64,000 bases of DNA from Candidatus Poribacteria bacterium (GTDB lineage Bacteria > Poribacteria > WGA-4E > UBA9662): contig JAYGDX010000027.1 in assembly GCA_046582655.1 (NCBI GenBank), positions 89,136 to 153,135 on the forward strand. Reading direction: 5' to 3'. The notes under the pieces were generated by a model, which was given only the letters and a program-made list of their open reading frames with translations, made no database searches and was not told where the DNA came from. Positions 19,022-29,562 of the stretch are shown in pieces. Made by a program: the position numbers and the translations under genes. Numbering within the stretch: the stretch's first letter is position 1; each line of letters opens with the position of its first letter.

Positions 19022-19807
19022 TTGTTGAAAAATTCTGAAGGGACACGATTTGGGGAAGAAATGGTGCATAGGAAATGGGCGAAATATCACCAACTCCGAC
19101 CGGATCAGGTTTCTGAGTTGGTTGACCAAACTCCGGTTGTCTTCTGGCCACTTGGTCTAATCGAACATCATGGTTGGCACTTACCAATTGGATATGATGG
19201 TCTGAAGGCGGAGAGAATATGTGTGCGCATCGCGCAGAAAACTGGCGGTATCATTTTGCCGACAATGTGGTGGGGGGCCCTTGGTGGACACGGCGATTTT
19301 TTATGGACACACTATCAACCACCTGAATCCACAGCGCAGATTCTATCAACCACCATCTATCAACTAATCCAATTTGGGTTTCAAGTGATTGTGTTATTAG
19401 CCGGGCATTATCCATGGCAACAGTTTCTTAATCAGGAATTGCCAGAGATCCAATCTAACAATCCTGAAATCCTTATTTTAGCAGGAACGGAGATGTCAAT
19501 TTGTGGAGAAGATATCAAACTGCCCGGAGACCATGCCGGACGAGCTGAAACTTCGTATGGTCTAGCCCTATTTCCGGAGTTAATCGATCTGCAAGAGTTG
19601 CGCTCTGGTCGCGACTTATCAGTTTGGCCTAATGGTGAAATGCCTCCTAAAGAGAAATGGCATTCGGCCGTCTGTTTTGATCACAGTGATCCGCTCTTTG
19701 CTCAAATGGGACAGCCAGCGGATGAGGCAAGTGTTGATGAGGGAAAAAGTGCGATTTCGATGCTTGTGGATAATCTGGCTGAGAAAATTAACACTTTTTT
19801 AGATTGA
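19022..19807 (+). CDS. Creatininase / creatinine amidohydrolase family protein
   Basis: PLGLIEHHGWHLPIGYD, GH, DHAGRAETS; start may be ATG 19061. Confidence 0.88.
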   Translation: MLKNSEGTRFGEEMVHRKWAKYHQLRPDQVSELVDQTPVVFWPLGLIEHHGWHLPIGYDGLKAERICVRIAQKTGGIILPTMWWGALGGHGDFLWTHYQPPESTAQILSTTIYQLIQFGFQVIVLLAGHYPWQQFLNQELPEIQSNNPEILILAGTEMSICGEDIKLPGDHAGRAETSYGLALFPELIDLQELRSGRDLSVWPNGEMPPKEKWHSAVCFDHSDPLFAQMGQPADEASVDEGKSAISMLVDNLAEKINTFLD

Positions 19808-19827
19808 TCTTCGGCTTGAGGTGATAA

Positions 19828-20123
19828 ATGGCAATGATAGCTGGTCTTTGTATTATTCCCATGGGTTCTTGGCATGTCGGTATCAAAAGAAATTGCTGTG
19901 TGCGAAAAAAATCTACTTGATGCGGGTTTAAAGATTAAGTTACATGCTTATGGAACTAATATTGAATGAAATGGGAGATAGTCTTTGATGTAATAAAGTC
20001 GTGCCATCAGATACCCCAAACCGAAGTGCTGCGTACTAGCACAACGCTCAAGTTTGGTACAAGAACAGCCGGAATTAGACGATGGAGGATAAGGTTGTCA
20101 GCATCAAAAAGAAACTGTGCTAG
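19828..20123 (+). pseudogene. Frameshifted MTH1187/YqgV thiamine-binding protein
   Basis: Pieces in different frames: MIAGLCIIPMG / SVSKEIAVCEKNLLDAGLKIKLHAYGTNIE / WEIVFDVIKSCHQ...TTLKFGTRT / MEDKVVS. Confidence 0.75.
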
Positions 20124-20226
20124 GCATCTCTTTATGCTCCTCGCTGAATTTTGAAACCGAAAACAATTGAAAATCATGTGGTTGTTAAAGTATAATCCTG
20201 GCAGCATGTAATTTCTAGGAGGTATA

Positions 20227-20433
20227 GTGATGGGTGCTTTAGGTGGCTGGGAAATTATACTTATTGTTATAGCGGTTCTCGTTATCTTTGGGCCGAAGCG
20301 TTTACCAGAGATGGGAAGTGCGCTTGGAAAAGCGATTCGGGACTTTAAAAATGCTGGCAAGGAAATCCAAAACGATATAGCTCAAACCGTGAACGAAAAT
20401 GGCTCGGATATAAATTCGAAAAAGGATGCCTGA
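20227..20433 (+). CDS. tatA: Twin-arginine translocase TatA
   Basis: GGWEIILIVIAVLVIFGPKRLPEMGSALGKAIRDFK. Confidence 0.95.
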   Translation: MMGALGGWEIILIVIAVLVIFGPKRLPEMGSALGKAIRDFKNAGKEIQNDIAQTVNENGSDINSKKDA

Positions 20434-21271
20434 AGTCGATATCCAAGAAGATCTAGCGGGCGAAATGACCTTTTGGGAACATCTCGAAGAATTACGCCGT
20501 CGTATTATTGTTTCACTAATTTCAGTTGGTATTTTTATGATTCTGAGTTTGTCCTTCAGCAAACCGATCGAAAGGATTATGAAACTGCCACTAGATTTAT
20601 CGACTAACAGGCTCCTGGCGTTTTTGATCGATCGAATATTTGGTCAAGACGCAACGTTTGTGGGATTTCTATCAATATCGCTGAGGGCAAGTGCGATGGG
20701 TGTTGATGCAAAGCTGATAAAAGATGGTCCGCTTGAAGGCATCATGGCTTATCTCAAGATTAGTATTACTTTCGGAATCCTATGTGCCTCACCGATCTTA
20801 ATCTACCAAGTTTGGGCTTTTGTTCTTCCGGCATTTACCACTAAGGAAAAGCAGTTTGCTCTTCCTCTTTTCCTGATTATTATCCTTTTTTTTATTATTG
20901 GAGCTTTGTTTGCATACTTTATTGTTGCACCAGTTGTGCTTGGGTTTTCTTCCAAGCTTTTTGAAGGCACCCAAAACTTGTGGGGAATTCAAAGGTACTT
21001 CAATTTCCTGGTACAGTTACTCTTGGGATTCGGCATCGCATTTGAGCTTCCTATAGTTATGTCTTTTTTGTCTTTTATTAATGTAATCAATGCAAATGGT
21101 TTTCGTCAAAAGCGGAGTGTTGCCTTGGTTGGAATTATGGTTCTCTCAGCATTCTTGACACCAGCGGATGTACTCTCAATGTTGTTGATGGCTATTCCTC
21201 TCATTTTACTGTATGAATTGGGAATCTTCTTCTCATTTCTTGTTGAGCAGGAGCCTGAAGTTTATGCCTGA
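20426..21271 (+). CDS. tatC: Twin-arginine translocase TatC
   Basis: MTFWEHLEELRRR, YQVWAFVLP, GIAFELP, LTPAD, LYE. Confidence 0.96.
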   Translation: MPEVDIQEDLAGEMTFWEHLEELRRRIIVSLISVGIFMILSLSFSKPIERIMKLPLDLSTNRLLAFLIDRIFGQDATFVGFLSISLRASAMGVDAKLIKDGPLEGIMAYLKISITFGILCASPILIYQVWAFVLPAFTTKEKQFALPLFLIIILFFIIGALFAYFIVAPVVLGFSSKLFEGTQNLWGIQRYFNFLVQLLLGFGIAFELPIVMSFLSFINVINANGFRQKRSVALVGIMVLSAFLTPADVLSMLLMAIPLILLYELGIFFSFLVEQEPEVYA

Positions 21272-22016
21272 TCTGAATCTAACCTTGGAACTTGCTTTTT
21301 TGTATGATTTGCAACAGATTGACGCTGAGATTTTAACTCGACACAAAAGGCTCAAGTTGATTCCGAACGATATCCAGAAGTTGAGAGAGGATTTTCGGGT
21401 ACACGAACAGAAATTGAATGCGTTAAAAGATCAACTCTCTCAGGCAGAAAAAGAGCAGCGATTTCGGTCAGCAGAAATAGAAACATTGGATGAACAAAGG
21501 AAGAAGTACCAGGCTCAGTTGACTGCCGTCAAAACCAACAGTGAGATGAAGGCGCTCTATAGTCAGCTGGAATTCCTGGATCAGCAAGAGGAGAAAATTG
21601 AGGATCAGATCTTAGAATTAATGTTTATTGTTGATGATCTTGGGGGTGAGGTCAAAAAGGAACATGAAATTCTGTCAACTAAAAATGTAGATCGCAAAGC
21701 TGAAGAAGCTGGACTTCAGACAATTGCTCAAGATATTAAGGCAGATATTTCCGAAATTCAAGAGAAACGCCAAAACTTGATCCAGAAAGTTAATCCGGAT
21801 TTATTCGAGCAATACCAGAGCAGGGTGGCTACCCAACATACTAACTTGGTCACTCCCGTTGTGGGAAATAGCTGTGGTTATTGCAAATTGACAATTCCTC
21901 CGCAGATGCTTAATGAAGTGAAACAGGCACGAAAAAAAATTGCTTGTCCATCTTGTAAGCTAATTCTGTTTGAGTTGCTGAATCTCGAGCAGACCGATGA
22001 TGCTACTGGCGAATAG
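21264..22016 (+). CDS. Coiled-coil C4 zinc-ribbon protein (DUF164 / CT398-like)
   Basis: LQQID start, long coiled coil, CGYC...IPPQ...CPSC. Confidence 0.88.
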   Translation: MPDLNLTLELAFLYDLQQIDAEILTRHKRLKLIPNDIQKLREDFRVHEQKLNALKDQLSQAEKEQRFRSAEIETLDEQRKKYQAQLTAVKTNSEMKALYSQLEFLDQQEEKIEDQILELMFIVDDLGGEVKKEHEILSTKNVDRKAEEAGLQTIAQDIKADISEIQEKRQNLIQKVNPDLFEQYQSRVATQHTNLVTPVVGNSCGYCKLTIPPQMLNEVKQARKKIACPSCKLILFELLNLEQTDDATGE

Positions 22017-22131
22017 AGATATAGCCTTTCTAACCGCAATCCCTACCTAATCAGTGAAACCGATTGACCAATTCCACGTTAACTGACAGCGAGTATAAAT
22101 TTCGAGCCATATCAGCAGGATCGATATTCCT

Positions 22132-22932
22132 ATGCAATTCCCAAACCCTTTTAAGCTATTGATTATTTCTCTTTTCCTTTTACTTGCTCTGTTAAGACCG
22201 AAAACAATTGCAGGAAAAGTTGATCAAACTAATACCGAATTCTCGCTAAAATACATCGTTATTGACCCAGGACATGGGGGAAAAGATCCCGGTTGCGTTA
22301 GCCGGTCCGGAGTAGCAGAAAAAGATATAACGTTGGCGGTATCGCGCAAGTTGGTTGAATTCCTGCGGGAAAAAACTGAATATGAAGCTTTTTTGACTCG
22401 CACTGATGATCGTTTTGTCTCGCTTAGGCAGCGTGTTGAGTTTGCCAATCAAGAAATTTTTCCGCCCAATCAATCGATCCTCTTAAGCCTCCATTGCAAT
22501 TCGTTTAAGGATCGGCGTATCCATGGTATGGAGAGCTTCAAATTTGATCTTGATGCAACGGATGAGCTCGCTGCAGAGTTGGTCGAAAGGGAAAACGCAC
22601 AGGAAGAAGTTGACAAATTCGATTTTATGATTATTAGTCTTCGTAAACGCGGTAACGAAAAATACACACGGCAAGTGGCACAAATCCTACAAGAATTGCT
22701 TGTTTCCCAACTTGGCGTGAAAAACCGGAATCTAAGTGCTTCAGAAAAAACAGGTGTTCGTGGTGCTCCGTTTTATATTCTAGCATGGACCAAAATGCCC
22801 AGTATTTTGCTTGAACTAGGTTTTATCTCAAACGATGTCGAGCGCAAAAAAATGACCGAAGAAAAATACCAGAAAGAAATCGCTAGCACATTAGTAAGAG
22901 GGATCAAAAAATTTGATCGGCAATTGCAATAG
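22132..22932 (+). CDS. N-acetylmuramoyl-L-alanine amidase (Amidase_3)
   Basis: IDPGHGGKDPG, EKDITL, LTRTDD, SLHCN, LLELGFISN; signal peptide. Confidence 0.93.
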   Translation: MQFPNPFKLLIISLFLLLALLRPKTIAGKVDQTNTEFSLKYIVIDPGHGGKDPGCVSRSGVAEKDITLAVSRKLVEFLREKTEYEAFLTRTDDRFVSLRQRVEFANQEIFPPNQSILLSLHCNSFKDRRIHGMESFKFDLDATDELAAELVERENAQEEVDKFDFMIISLRKRGNEKYTRQVAQILQELLVSQLGVKNRNLSASEKTGVRGAPFYILAWTKMPSILLELGFISNDVERKKMTEEKYQKEIASTLVRGIKKFDRQLQ

Positions 22933-22961
22933 TCAAATTGGGGCAATAGTTCCCTAGTCGA

Positions 22962-23666
22962 ATGGGTTTTCTATATAGTAATGCCCTCAATCTAGAGGAA
23001 ACTGGGCTTGTTCAGGCTGTCACCAGTCGCCGACTCGACTCGAAAGCCGACCGAAAAAGATTCTACGATCAGATTCGGCTTAGGCCCGAACAGCTCGTCT
23101 ACTGCCGCCAAGTTCATGGCAATAAGGTATGGGTGATTTCCCGATACCCTGAAACCTATCCTTTACCGCTGACAGAAGCGGACGCGATGGTCACAGATCA
23201 GATTGATCTGGTAATTGCCGTTTTTACCGCGGACTGTATTCCCATTTTTATTTTGGATACCCAGACATGTTCAATCGGTATTATACACGCTGGTTGGCGT
23301 GGGACATACAAGCTCGTTACAACCGAGGCAATTCAGTCAATGCAGGAGCACTTCGGTACAGATCCTGCAAATTGTCTGGTTCATCTGGGCGTATCGATAC
23401 AACAAAATTGCTATCAGGTCAGCCAGGATCTGGCTGATCAATTTGAGCGCCATTTTGGTCCTGAGGTGCGTACTATTGATAATAAACTTAATTTGCAGGC
23501 TGCTAATGTTCAACAGCTAGTTAATGCTGGAGTTCCCTTTGAATCAATCTCGATCTCTCCCTTATGTACAGCCTGCCGAACTGACCTTTTTTATTCGTTT
23601 CGTATGGAACGTGAGCGTGCAGGAAGGCTGGTTTCATTGATTCGGTTGCTCCCAGATTTCGATTGA
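22962..23666 (+). CDS. pgeF: Peptidoglycan editing factor / purine nucleoside phosphorylase YfiH family
   Basis: QVHG, ADAMVT, TADCIP, HAGWRG, CT...FYSFR. Confidence 0.92.
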   Translation: MGFLYSNALNLEETGLVQAVTSRRLDSKADRKRFYDQIRLRPEQLVYCRQVHGNKVWVISRYPETYPLPLTEADAMVTDQIDLVIAVFTADCIPIFILDTQTCSIGIIHAGWRGTYKLVTTEAIQSMQEHFGTDPANCLVHLGVSIQQNCYQVSQDLADQFERHFGPEVRTIDNKLNLQAANVQQLVNAGVPFESISISPLCTACRTDLFYSFRMERERAGRLVSLIRLLPDFD

Positions 23667-23725
23667 TCTACTTCCAGAAGTCTGTTACGATTGTTTTGTA
23701 AATCCGACTTTTGCGTTAAAGATAT

Positions 23726-24160
23726 ATGCACGTAAAGATTAAACGAATTGATAAGAGTCTACCGCTACCTCGGTATGAAACAAATGGTTCTGTTGGTTTT
23801 GATTTGTTGTGTCGGGAATCGGTAGAAGTCTTTCCTCAAACCGTTGCACTGATTCCAGCCAATGTAATTGTTGAGACGCCACCGGGTTACATGCTGTTGG
23901 TGGCCTTACGAAGTTCAACCCCACGGAAACGAGGATTGCTGATTCCGCATGGCGTTGGGGTCATCGATCAGGACTATTGTGGTGATGGAGATGAGATTCA
24001 GATTCAAGTCTACAACTTCACCAATCAACCTGTACTGATTGAACGAGGAGATCGAATTGCGCAGGGAATCTTCGTACGTGTTGATTGTTCAGAGTGGCAG
24101 AAAGTGGAACAGATGGATCAGGAAACACGTGGTGGGTTTGGAAGTACGGATGGCAGGTAA
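23726..24160 (+). CDS. dut: dUTP pyrophosphatase
   Basis: GFDL, RSS, GVIDQDY, RIAQ, RGGFGSTD. Confidence 0.94.
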   Translation: MHVKIKRIDKSLPLPRYETNGSVGFDLLCRESVEVFPQTVALIPANVIVETPPGYMLLVALRSSTPRKRGLLIPHGVGVIDQDYCGDGDEIQIQVYNFTNQPVLIERGDRIAQGIFVRVDCSEWQKVEQMDQETRGGFGSTDGR

Positions 24161-24183
24161 TCTCGATTGATTGGAGAAGGTTT

Positions 24184-24834
24184 ATGCCGAAGCTCAAAGT
24201 ATGCATGATTTCAGGATCGTTTGAGTATGATTCTGAGGAGTCGCTCTCAATTTTTAAGGATCATCTTAAGAAGTACCAACTAGATATTGAGACAACCATG
24301 ATTATCTATGAAAGTGAAGGTGATCAACAATCTTTGCAGGTTTTAAAATCAACGGATGTGATGGTGATCTTCACGCGAAGATTGAACACAGAGGGGGAAG
24401 AACTCGAACGGTTCAAATCGTATTGCAATTTGGGTAAACCAATTGTTGGTATCCGCACTGCCAGCCATGCCTACCAGAATTACCTTGAGTTCGATCGAGA
24501 TGTTTTAGGCGGCAGTTATGCTGGGCATTTTGGACATGGCCCAATAGCCCATGTCCAAATCAAAAAGGGGAACACAGATCATCCAATACTTGAGGGTATT
24601 CCTGATTTCGACTCTTACGGCAGTTTATATAAGAACCAAAATAATGTAAAAGATACTACCATCCTAATGACAGCAAGTACGTCCGAAGGAAATCATGAGC
24701 CGGTGGCATGGACTAGGATTCATAACGGTGGCCGAATCTTCTACACGTCTCTTGGACATCAACAGGATTTTAGTATCGATCATTTCCTCGCACTTTTGAC
24801 AAATGCTATTCTCTGGGCAGGCGGACGAAAATAG
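24184..24834 (+). CDS. ThuA (trehalose utilization) domain protein
   Basis: PIVGIRTASHA, HPILEG, PVAWT...GGRIFYTSLGH, NAILWA. Confidence 0.85.
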   Translation: MPKLKVCMISGSFEYDSEESLSIFKDHLKKYQLDIETTMIIYESEGDQQSLQVLKSTDVMVIFTRRLNTEGEELERFKSYCNLGKPIVGIRTASHAYQNYLEFDRDVLGGSYAGHFGHGPIAHVQIKKGNTDHPILEGIPDFDSYGSLYKNQNNVKDTTILMTASTSEGNHEPVAWTRIHNGGRIFYTSLGHQQDFSIDHFLALLTNAILWAGGRK

Positions 24835-24898
24835 AAGAAAATGTCCAAAAAACAAGGCCTAATCGCATTCTATTAAAATTGTTAGCAAACCTGTTTTG

Positions 24899-25978
24899 TT
24901 ATTGTGTAACCTCATAGTCTTTTAGGGCTTCCATAGATTCTGGAGTTCCTAGTTTTTTTAAGGCTTCTGCTGCTGATTGTCGGATCTTGAAACCTTCATC
25001 ATCCGACGCTCTTATTAGGAAAACCTGACGATAAGCTTGGATAGCTTCCTCCAGTTTCTCTTGACCAATATAGACATGTCCCAGATTTAGATACGCTTCA
25101 GCATTCGAGGGATTGAGTTCTATTGCTCTCTGAATCAATTCGATAGCGAGGTCAAGATTTCCCTGCTGTCTATACACATCTCCCAGATTATTACATGCAT
25201 CGGCATCATCAGAGTTGAGTTTGATAGCTTCCTCATAGGCCTGAATGGCTTCTTCTAATTTTCCTTGCTGATATGATTCATTCCCCTGATTAAAATATGC
25301 CATCTTTAGATTATCATATGCGTTAGTATCCTCAGGATTGAGTTCAACAGCCTTCTCGTAAGCCTGAATAGCTTCCTCTAGATTGCCTTGATCGACATAG
25401 ACTAATCCCAAATTGTAATATGCATTGATGTAATCAGGATCGAGTTCGATGGTTCTTAGATAAGCTTTTCTGGCTTCTTCTAACTGGTTTTGACTGCGGT
25501 AGGTAATACCTAGATTATTATACGCGGAAACGTAATCAGGATTGAGTTCGATAGCTTTCATATAAGCTTGTACCGCTTCCTCTAATTGGTCTTGGTTGCG
25601 GTAGACATTACCCAGATTATTGTACACATCAGCGTCCTCAGGATTAAGTTCGATAGCTTTCTGGTAGGCCTGTATAGCCTCTTTAAATCTTCCTTGCTCT
25701 TTTAGCGTAACTCCTAAGTTATTGTATGCATCGATGTAATTAGGATTGAGTTTGACAGCTTCTTGATAAGCTTGTGTGGCTTCCGCCAACTCTTCTTGGT
25801 AACGATAAGCATTACCCAAACCATAATAGGAATCAGCATCATCAGGATTAAGTTTAATAGCTTCCTGATACGCTTGTACAATTTCTTCCAACTTATCTTG
25901 ATCAGTATGCAAATTATCTTGTTGAAGGATGTCTGAAATGTCAAGATCCAAGGTATCAGAATCAGGATTGTCTTTCAT
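24899..25978 (-). CDS. Tetratricopeptide repeat protein (about 9 TPRs plus HEAT-like C-terminal helix pair)
   Basis: Repeated AYNNLG...EEAIQAY..AIELNP units; CAGGAGG RBS before ATG 25978. Confidence 0.92.
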   Translation of the reverse strand: MKDNPDSDTLDLDISDILQQDNLHTDQDKLEEIVQAYQEAIKLNPDDADSYYGLGNAYRYQEELAEATQAYQEAVKLNPNYIDAYNNLGVTLKEQGRFKEAIQAYQKAIELNPEDADVYNNLGNVYRNQDQLEEAVQAYMKAIELNPDYVSAYNNLGITYRSQNQLEEARKAYLRTIELDPDYINAYYNLGLVYVDQGNLEEAIQAYEKAVELNPEDTNAYDNLKMAYFNQGNESYQQGKLEEAIQAYEEAIKLNSDDADACNNLGDVYRQQGNLDLAIELIQRAIELNPSNAEAYLNLGHVYIGQEKLEEAIQAYRQVFLIRASDDEGFKIRQSAAEALKKLGTPESMEALKDYEVTQ

Positions 25979-26410
25979 GGGGCCCTCCTGTTTTTTTGTT
26001 ACGGAGTGAAGACTAACTTTGGGAGCCATTTGTTGTTACTATTGCTCTGGTTTCATCTTAATATGAAATCTGCCGAATCCCAATTGTACTACAGAAGAAA
26101 AATAAGAAGTTACTTATATCAGCAATTGGTTATCTATCAGGTAGTGATTGCAAGTGAGGTTACACACTATAGCAAGTTAGGATTTTTTTATTCGCTACTC
26201 AACTTGAACTGCCAAATCACTGACTGCTCCAGCTAACAGTAGTTTCAACTGGTCCGCTTAAATACTTCAGAAAAATTAAAACTCTAAATTACTTGGAAGA
26301 GAAATGGGGGAAACGAGTATTAATTCTGCGAATTAATCTTTATACGTCTCCCTTAAATTGCGAGCATAGGTATATGTATTCTAAGTCTTTTCAGAGAAGT
26401 ATTAAGCGAC

Positions 26411-27820
26411 CTATGATGCTTTGGTTGTAGTATCCGGTATGTTTCGCTGAGCGTAATAGTCAGGGAGATGTTCCTTCACCAAGGTTTCCATCTCGTCCTG
26501 AGAGATGGAGGTAATGCGGCCGTCTTCGTATTGGTCCATAACCCAACGCGCAATTTTAACCAGTTTCAGTTTTCCAAGACGATCTTCCCTCTTTAATCCA
26601 AGATAATCGTTTACCCAATGAACGACGCCATCTATGCCGGATTTGTCCGTGATACCTACTGCATGTGGGCGGTTTAATACCTTGTTAGTGTCGAAAATAT
26701 TGTAAATACGTTCGTCCTTGTTAAGTCCATCGGCGTGGATTCCGGCTCGTGTTACGTTAAAGTCGCGCCCAACAAAAGGATAGTTACTTGGAATATCAAA
26801 ACCAACTTCATATCTGAAGTATTCTGCTATCTCTGAGATCACGCCAGGATCCATTCCGTTAGTTGTTCCTTTCAATCCGCTGTACTCAATAACAGCTCCT
26901 TCCAAAGGTGGATTCCCAGTTCGCTCACCATACCCTAGCAGCGTGCAGTTGACAAAATCACAACCGTAAAGCCAACATGTCGCCCCGTTGATGTGAACCT
27001 TATGGAAGTCGTTATGACCATGCCACTCTAAACGGTCTGGCGGACATCCACATTCATGATTCATGATATAGACCAACTTGGGAATACTACGCGGAAGTTT
27101 AGTTCCGGGGAAACTGATACCAAAGCCCATAGTATCGCATAGACGGATCTTCGGCTTTAGATGTTCTGGGACTTGCTCACCCAGTTCCATTAACCGTTGA
27201 ACATAGGGCACAACAAATCCATAAATGTCCGCACGCGTTAAGTCTTCTAGATGTAGACGAGGCCGAATACCATTTTCAATTGCCTGCCCGGCCATGTGCA
27301 CATAGAAGTCGAGCGCTTTACGTCGGTCCATCTTCAGTTTGTGAAAAATGTGGTAATCAGAAGAAGACGTCAACATCCCCGTTTCCGATAATTGCATATC
27401 CTTGACTAACTTGAAATCTCCTTCGTGAGCACGAATCCAGCCGGTGATTTCCGGGAATTTGTGTCCGAGTTCCCGACAGCGGTCCACCGCTTCCCGATCT
27501 TTATTGGTATACAGAAAGAATTCGCTTTGGCGGATAATACCATTTGGACCGCTCATCTTGGACAGCAAATTGTAGAGATCCACAATTTGCTGAACAGTGT
27601 AAGGGGGACGCGCTTGCTGACCATCGCGGAAAGTAGTATCGGTGATTAACCATTCACGTTTCAGCGCTTCCTGCGGATCAAACTCGATCACTTCGCCATT
27701 TATTTCCTCATATATCTTACTGTCGAAGGCTATCCGAGGAACATCTTTATGAGGAAATAGGTCCTCTAAAAGATTCGGCTCTTCAACTTCAACGATGTCT
27801 CGACGATTCATAATTTTCAA
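26411..27820 (-). CDS. Re-citrate synthase-like DRE-TIM metallolyase (IPMS/homocitrate synthase superfamily)
   Basis: DTTFRDGQQ, EFFLY, ITGWIRA, SDYHIF, CDTMG, HGHNDF, GERTGN. Confidence 0.8.
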   Translation of the reverse strand: MKIMNRRDIVEVEEPNLLEDLFPHKDVPRIAFDSKIYEEINGEVIEFDPQEALKREWLITDTTFRDGQQARPPYTVQQIVDLYNLLSKMSGPNGIIRQSEFFLYTNKDREAVDRCRELGHKFPEITGWIRAHEGDFKLVKDMQLSETGMLTSSSDYHIFHKLKMDRRKALDFYVHMAGQAIENGIRPRLHLEDLTRADIYGFVVPYVQRLMELGEQVPEHLKPKIRLCDTMGFGISFPGTKLPRSIPKLVYIMNHECGCPPDRLEWHGHNDFHKVHINGATCWLYGCDFVNCTLLGYGERTGNPPLEGAVIEYSGLKGTTNGMDPGVISEIAEYFRYEVGFDIPSNYPFVGRDFNVTRAGIHADGLNKDERIYNIFDTNKVLNRPHAVGITDKSGIDGVVHWVNDYLGLKREDRLGKLKLVKIARWVMDQYEDGRITSISQDEMETLVKEHLPDYYAQRNIPDTTTKAS

Positions 27821-27857
27821 GTCTCCTATCCTAGAATTCTAAACAAGATTAAACACC

Positions 27858-27887
27858 ATGCGAGACTAGGAAGTTCCTAAATCGCAT
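27858..27887. terminator. Intergenic stem-loop between the ACP and Re-citrate synthase genes
   Basis: ATGCGA-gac-TAGGAAGTTCCTA-aa-TCGCAT imperfect palindrome. Confidence 0.3.
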
Positions 27888-27947
27888 ATGATAAAACCTT
27901 AGAATCTTCTATTACTTAACAACGCCTGCAACTAGTCGAGCTATGTT

Positions 27948-28205
27948 TTAATCATGTTGATCAGCTACAACTTTGGCGATGTATTCTACTGCTTCTCCTA
28001 CTGAAGAAATAGATAAGGCTTCCTCTTCATCCATTTCAATTTCAAATTCTTCCTCAAAACCGGCAACTAACTCAACTGACTGCAACGACTCTGCTCCTAA
28101 ATCGGAAGCAAAATCAGACTCATTCTTGATTTGAGAAGGTTCGATATTGAGAATCATTGTGGTCACATTGATGATTCTATCGCGGATTTCCTCATTACTA
28201 AGCAT
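27948..28205 (-). CDS. Acyl carrier protein with atypical ESLQ motif
   Basis: Small acidic protein; DLGAESLQSVELV...EEEFEIEM; AAGGAG RBS. Confidence 0.88.
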   Translation of the reverse strand: MLSNEEIRDRIINVTTMILNIEPSQIKNESDFASDLGAESLQSVELVAGFEEEFEIEMDEEEALSISSVGEAVEYIAKVVADQHD

Positions 28206-28225
28206 AGTTTCTTAAACTCCTTTTT

Positions 28226-29497
28226 CTAATTACTAAGAATTTGACGACGGGATTTCTTGACAGCTTCTTGACGTTCGTCTTTTGTTAATCCGTAGGCATG
28301 AGTTAGCATGTATCTGTCTGCTTCAGTAAGGGTGACTTTTCTACGACCCATCGCCGTCTCAGCAGTTTGGAGAAGCTTTCTTAAACCGAACCCTTTAAAG
28401 GTTTTACCATTAGCGAACAGGCAAAAAGAGGGCACTGTCTTGGGCAGAATCTCGCTTCCTCCGAGGATATTGGTCATCATTCCAACGATTGAACCGGTAT
28501 TAAATAGTGTCCCAATACTTGTCTTGGTATGGTCACCAATAAAGCTCCCTACTTTGGTATCATTGGTGTTGATAAGCTGACCATTTAGTTTAACTTCTAC
28601 AGCCGAATAGTCGTTTTTTAAATCACTATTAGTGGTCAAAGCACCCAAATTAACCCATTCGCCAACGTAAGCATGCCCCAAGAAACCATCATGGTACTTG
28701 TTTGAGTAGCCGTGGATGATGGATTCTTCCACTTCGCCGCCAACACGGCAGACTGGGCCGATGCTGCATCCTTCACGAATCTTGCCGCCGACGATCTGTG
28801 TATCCTGACCCAAAAAGCAAGGCCCTTCAATGCGCGAGTGTGGAAAGATCGTTACTCCGTCTTCGATGATAATTGGTCCACCGGTAGAGTCGAGCACCAC
28901 CATCGGATGAATAACTGCCTTGGATGCAACGAACACTTGAGACTCATCTCCATATACGCAAGACAAGTCATGCATTTCACCATGTACACCAGTCCGTCCC
29001 AGGATCTGAAAGTCAGCAACTAAAGCTTCAGAATTATGATGAACAATATTCCAACAGTATGAGACCAACTCCTCTTCGACTGTTCTCTGAGGAAGAACCT
29101 CGAGAACCGCATTCAGGAACTCATCCAGGTCTCGTCCGAGATATTTCCGGACTGTTTCTTGCTGCGCACGTACATAGACGATTGAGTCTTCTTTTACCCC
29201 AATTTCTTCAGGTCCTTCAGCTGTAATTTGGGTATTCATGCACAGCCATCTGCCATTGGCGAGGAACAGGTCATCATCCAAAATTTGAAGATTATTGACC
29301 GGGGCATTCCCAACTTTGGTTTGAAAGGTATTAGTCAGGTAGTCACGTGTGAAGTAGGCAACGTCAAGATCGGAGAAGCTACGACGCAGTTTTTCCGATA
29401 AAGAAGTTGCTCCACACCGAAGCTCAAAGACTGGTCGAACCAAAGAAAGGGGATAAAAGTTCTCATAGGTAGAGTCCTCGTAGATAACCAGTTTCAT
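28226..29497 (-). CDS. GlmU-like sugar nucleotidyltransferase/acetyltransferase (alternative bacterial type)
   Basis: YPLSLVRPVFELRCG, hexapeptide repeats, YSNKYHDGFLGHAYVGEWVNLGA, SDLKNDY, GDHTKT. Confidence 0.85.
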   Translation of the reverse strand: MKLVIYEDSTYENFYPLSLVRPVFELRCGATSLSEKLRRSFSDLDVAYFTRDYLTNTFQTKVGNAPVNNLQILDDDLFLANGRWLCMNTQITAEGPEEIGVKEDSIVYVRAQQETVRKYLGRDLDEFLNAVLEVLPQRTVEEELVSYCWNIVHHNSEALVADFQILGRTGVHGEMHDLSCVYGDESQVFVASKAVIHPMVVLDSTGGPIIIEDGVTIFPHSRIEGPCFLGQDTQIVGGKIREGCSIGPVCRVGGEVEESIIHGYSNKYHDGFLGHAYVGEWVNLGALTTNSDLKNDYSAVEVKLNGQLINTNDTKVGSFIGDHTKTSIGTLFNTGSIVGMMTNILGGSEILPKTVPSFCLFANGKTFKGFGLRKLLQTAETAMGRRKVTLTEADRYMLTHAYGLTKDERQEAVKKSRRQILSN

Positions 29498-29562
29498 TTT
29501 TTTATTTCCATAGTTAGTAAATTATTTCCCTAAGTGGGTGAGGACGGGAATGTACCAGTCAC

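Noticed and set aside
22017..22131. RNase P RNA, often found after the zinc-ribbon gene
   Set aside because: The gap is only 115 bp and lacks GAGGAAAGTCC.
24899..25978. 102-bp periodic DNA repeats
   Set aside because: They are explained by TPR protein repeats.
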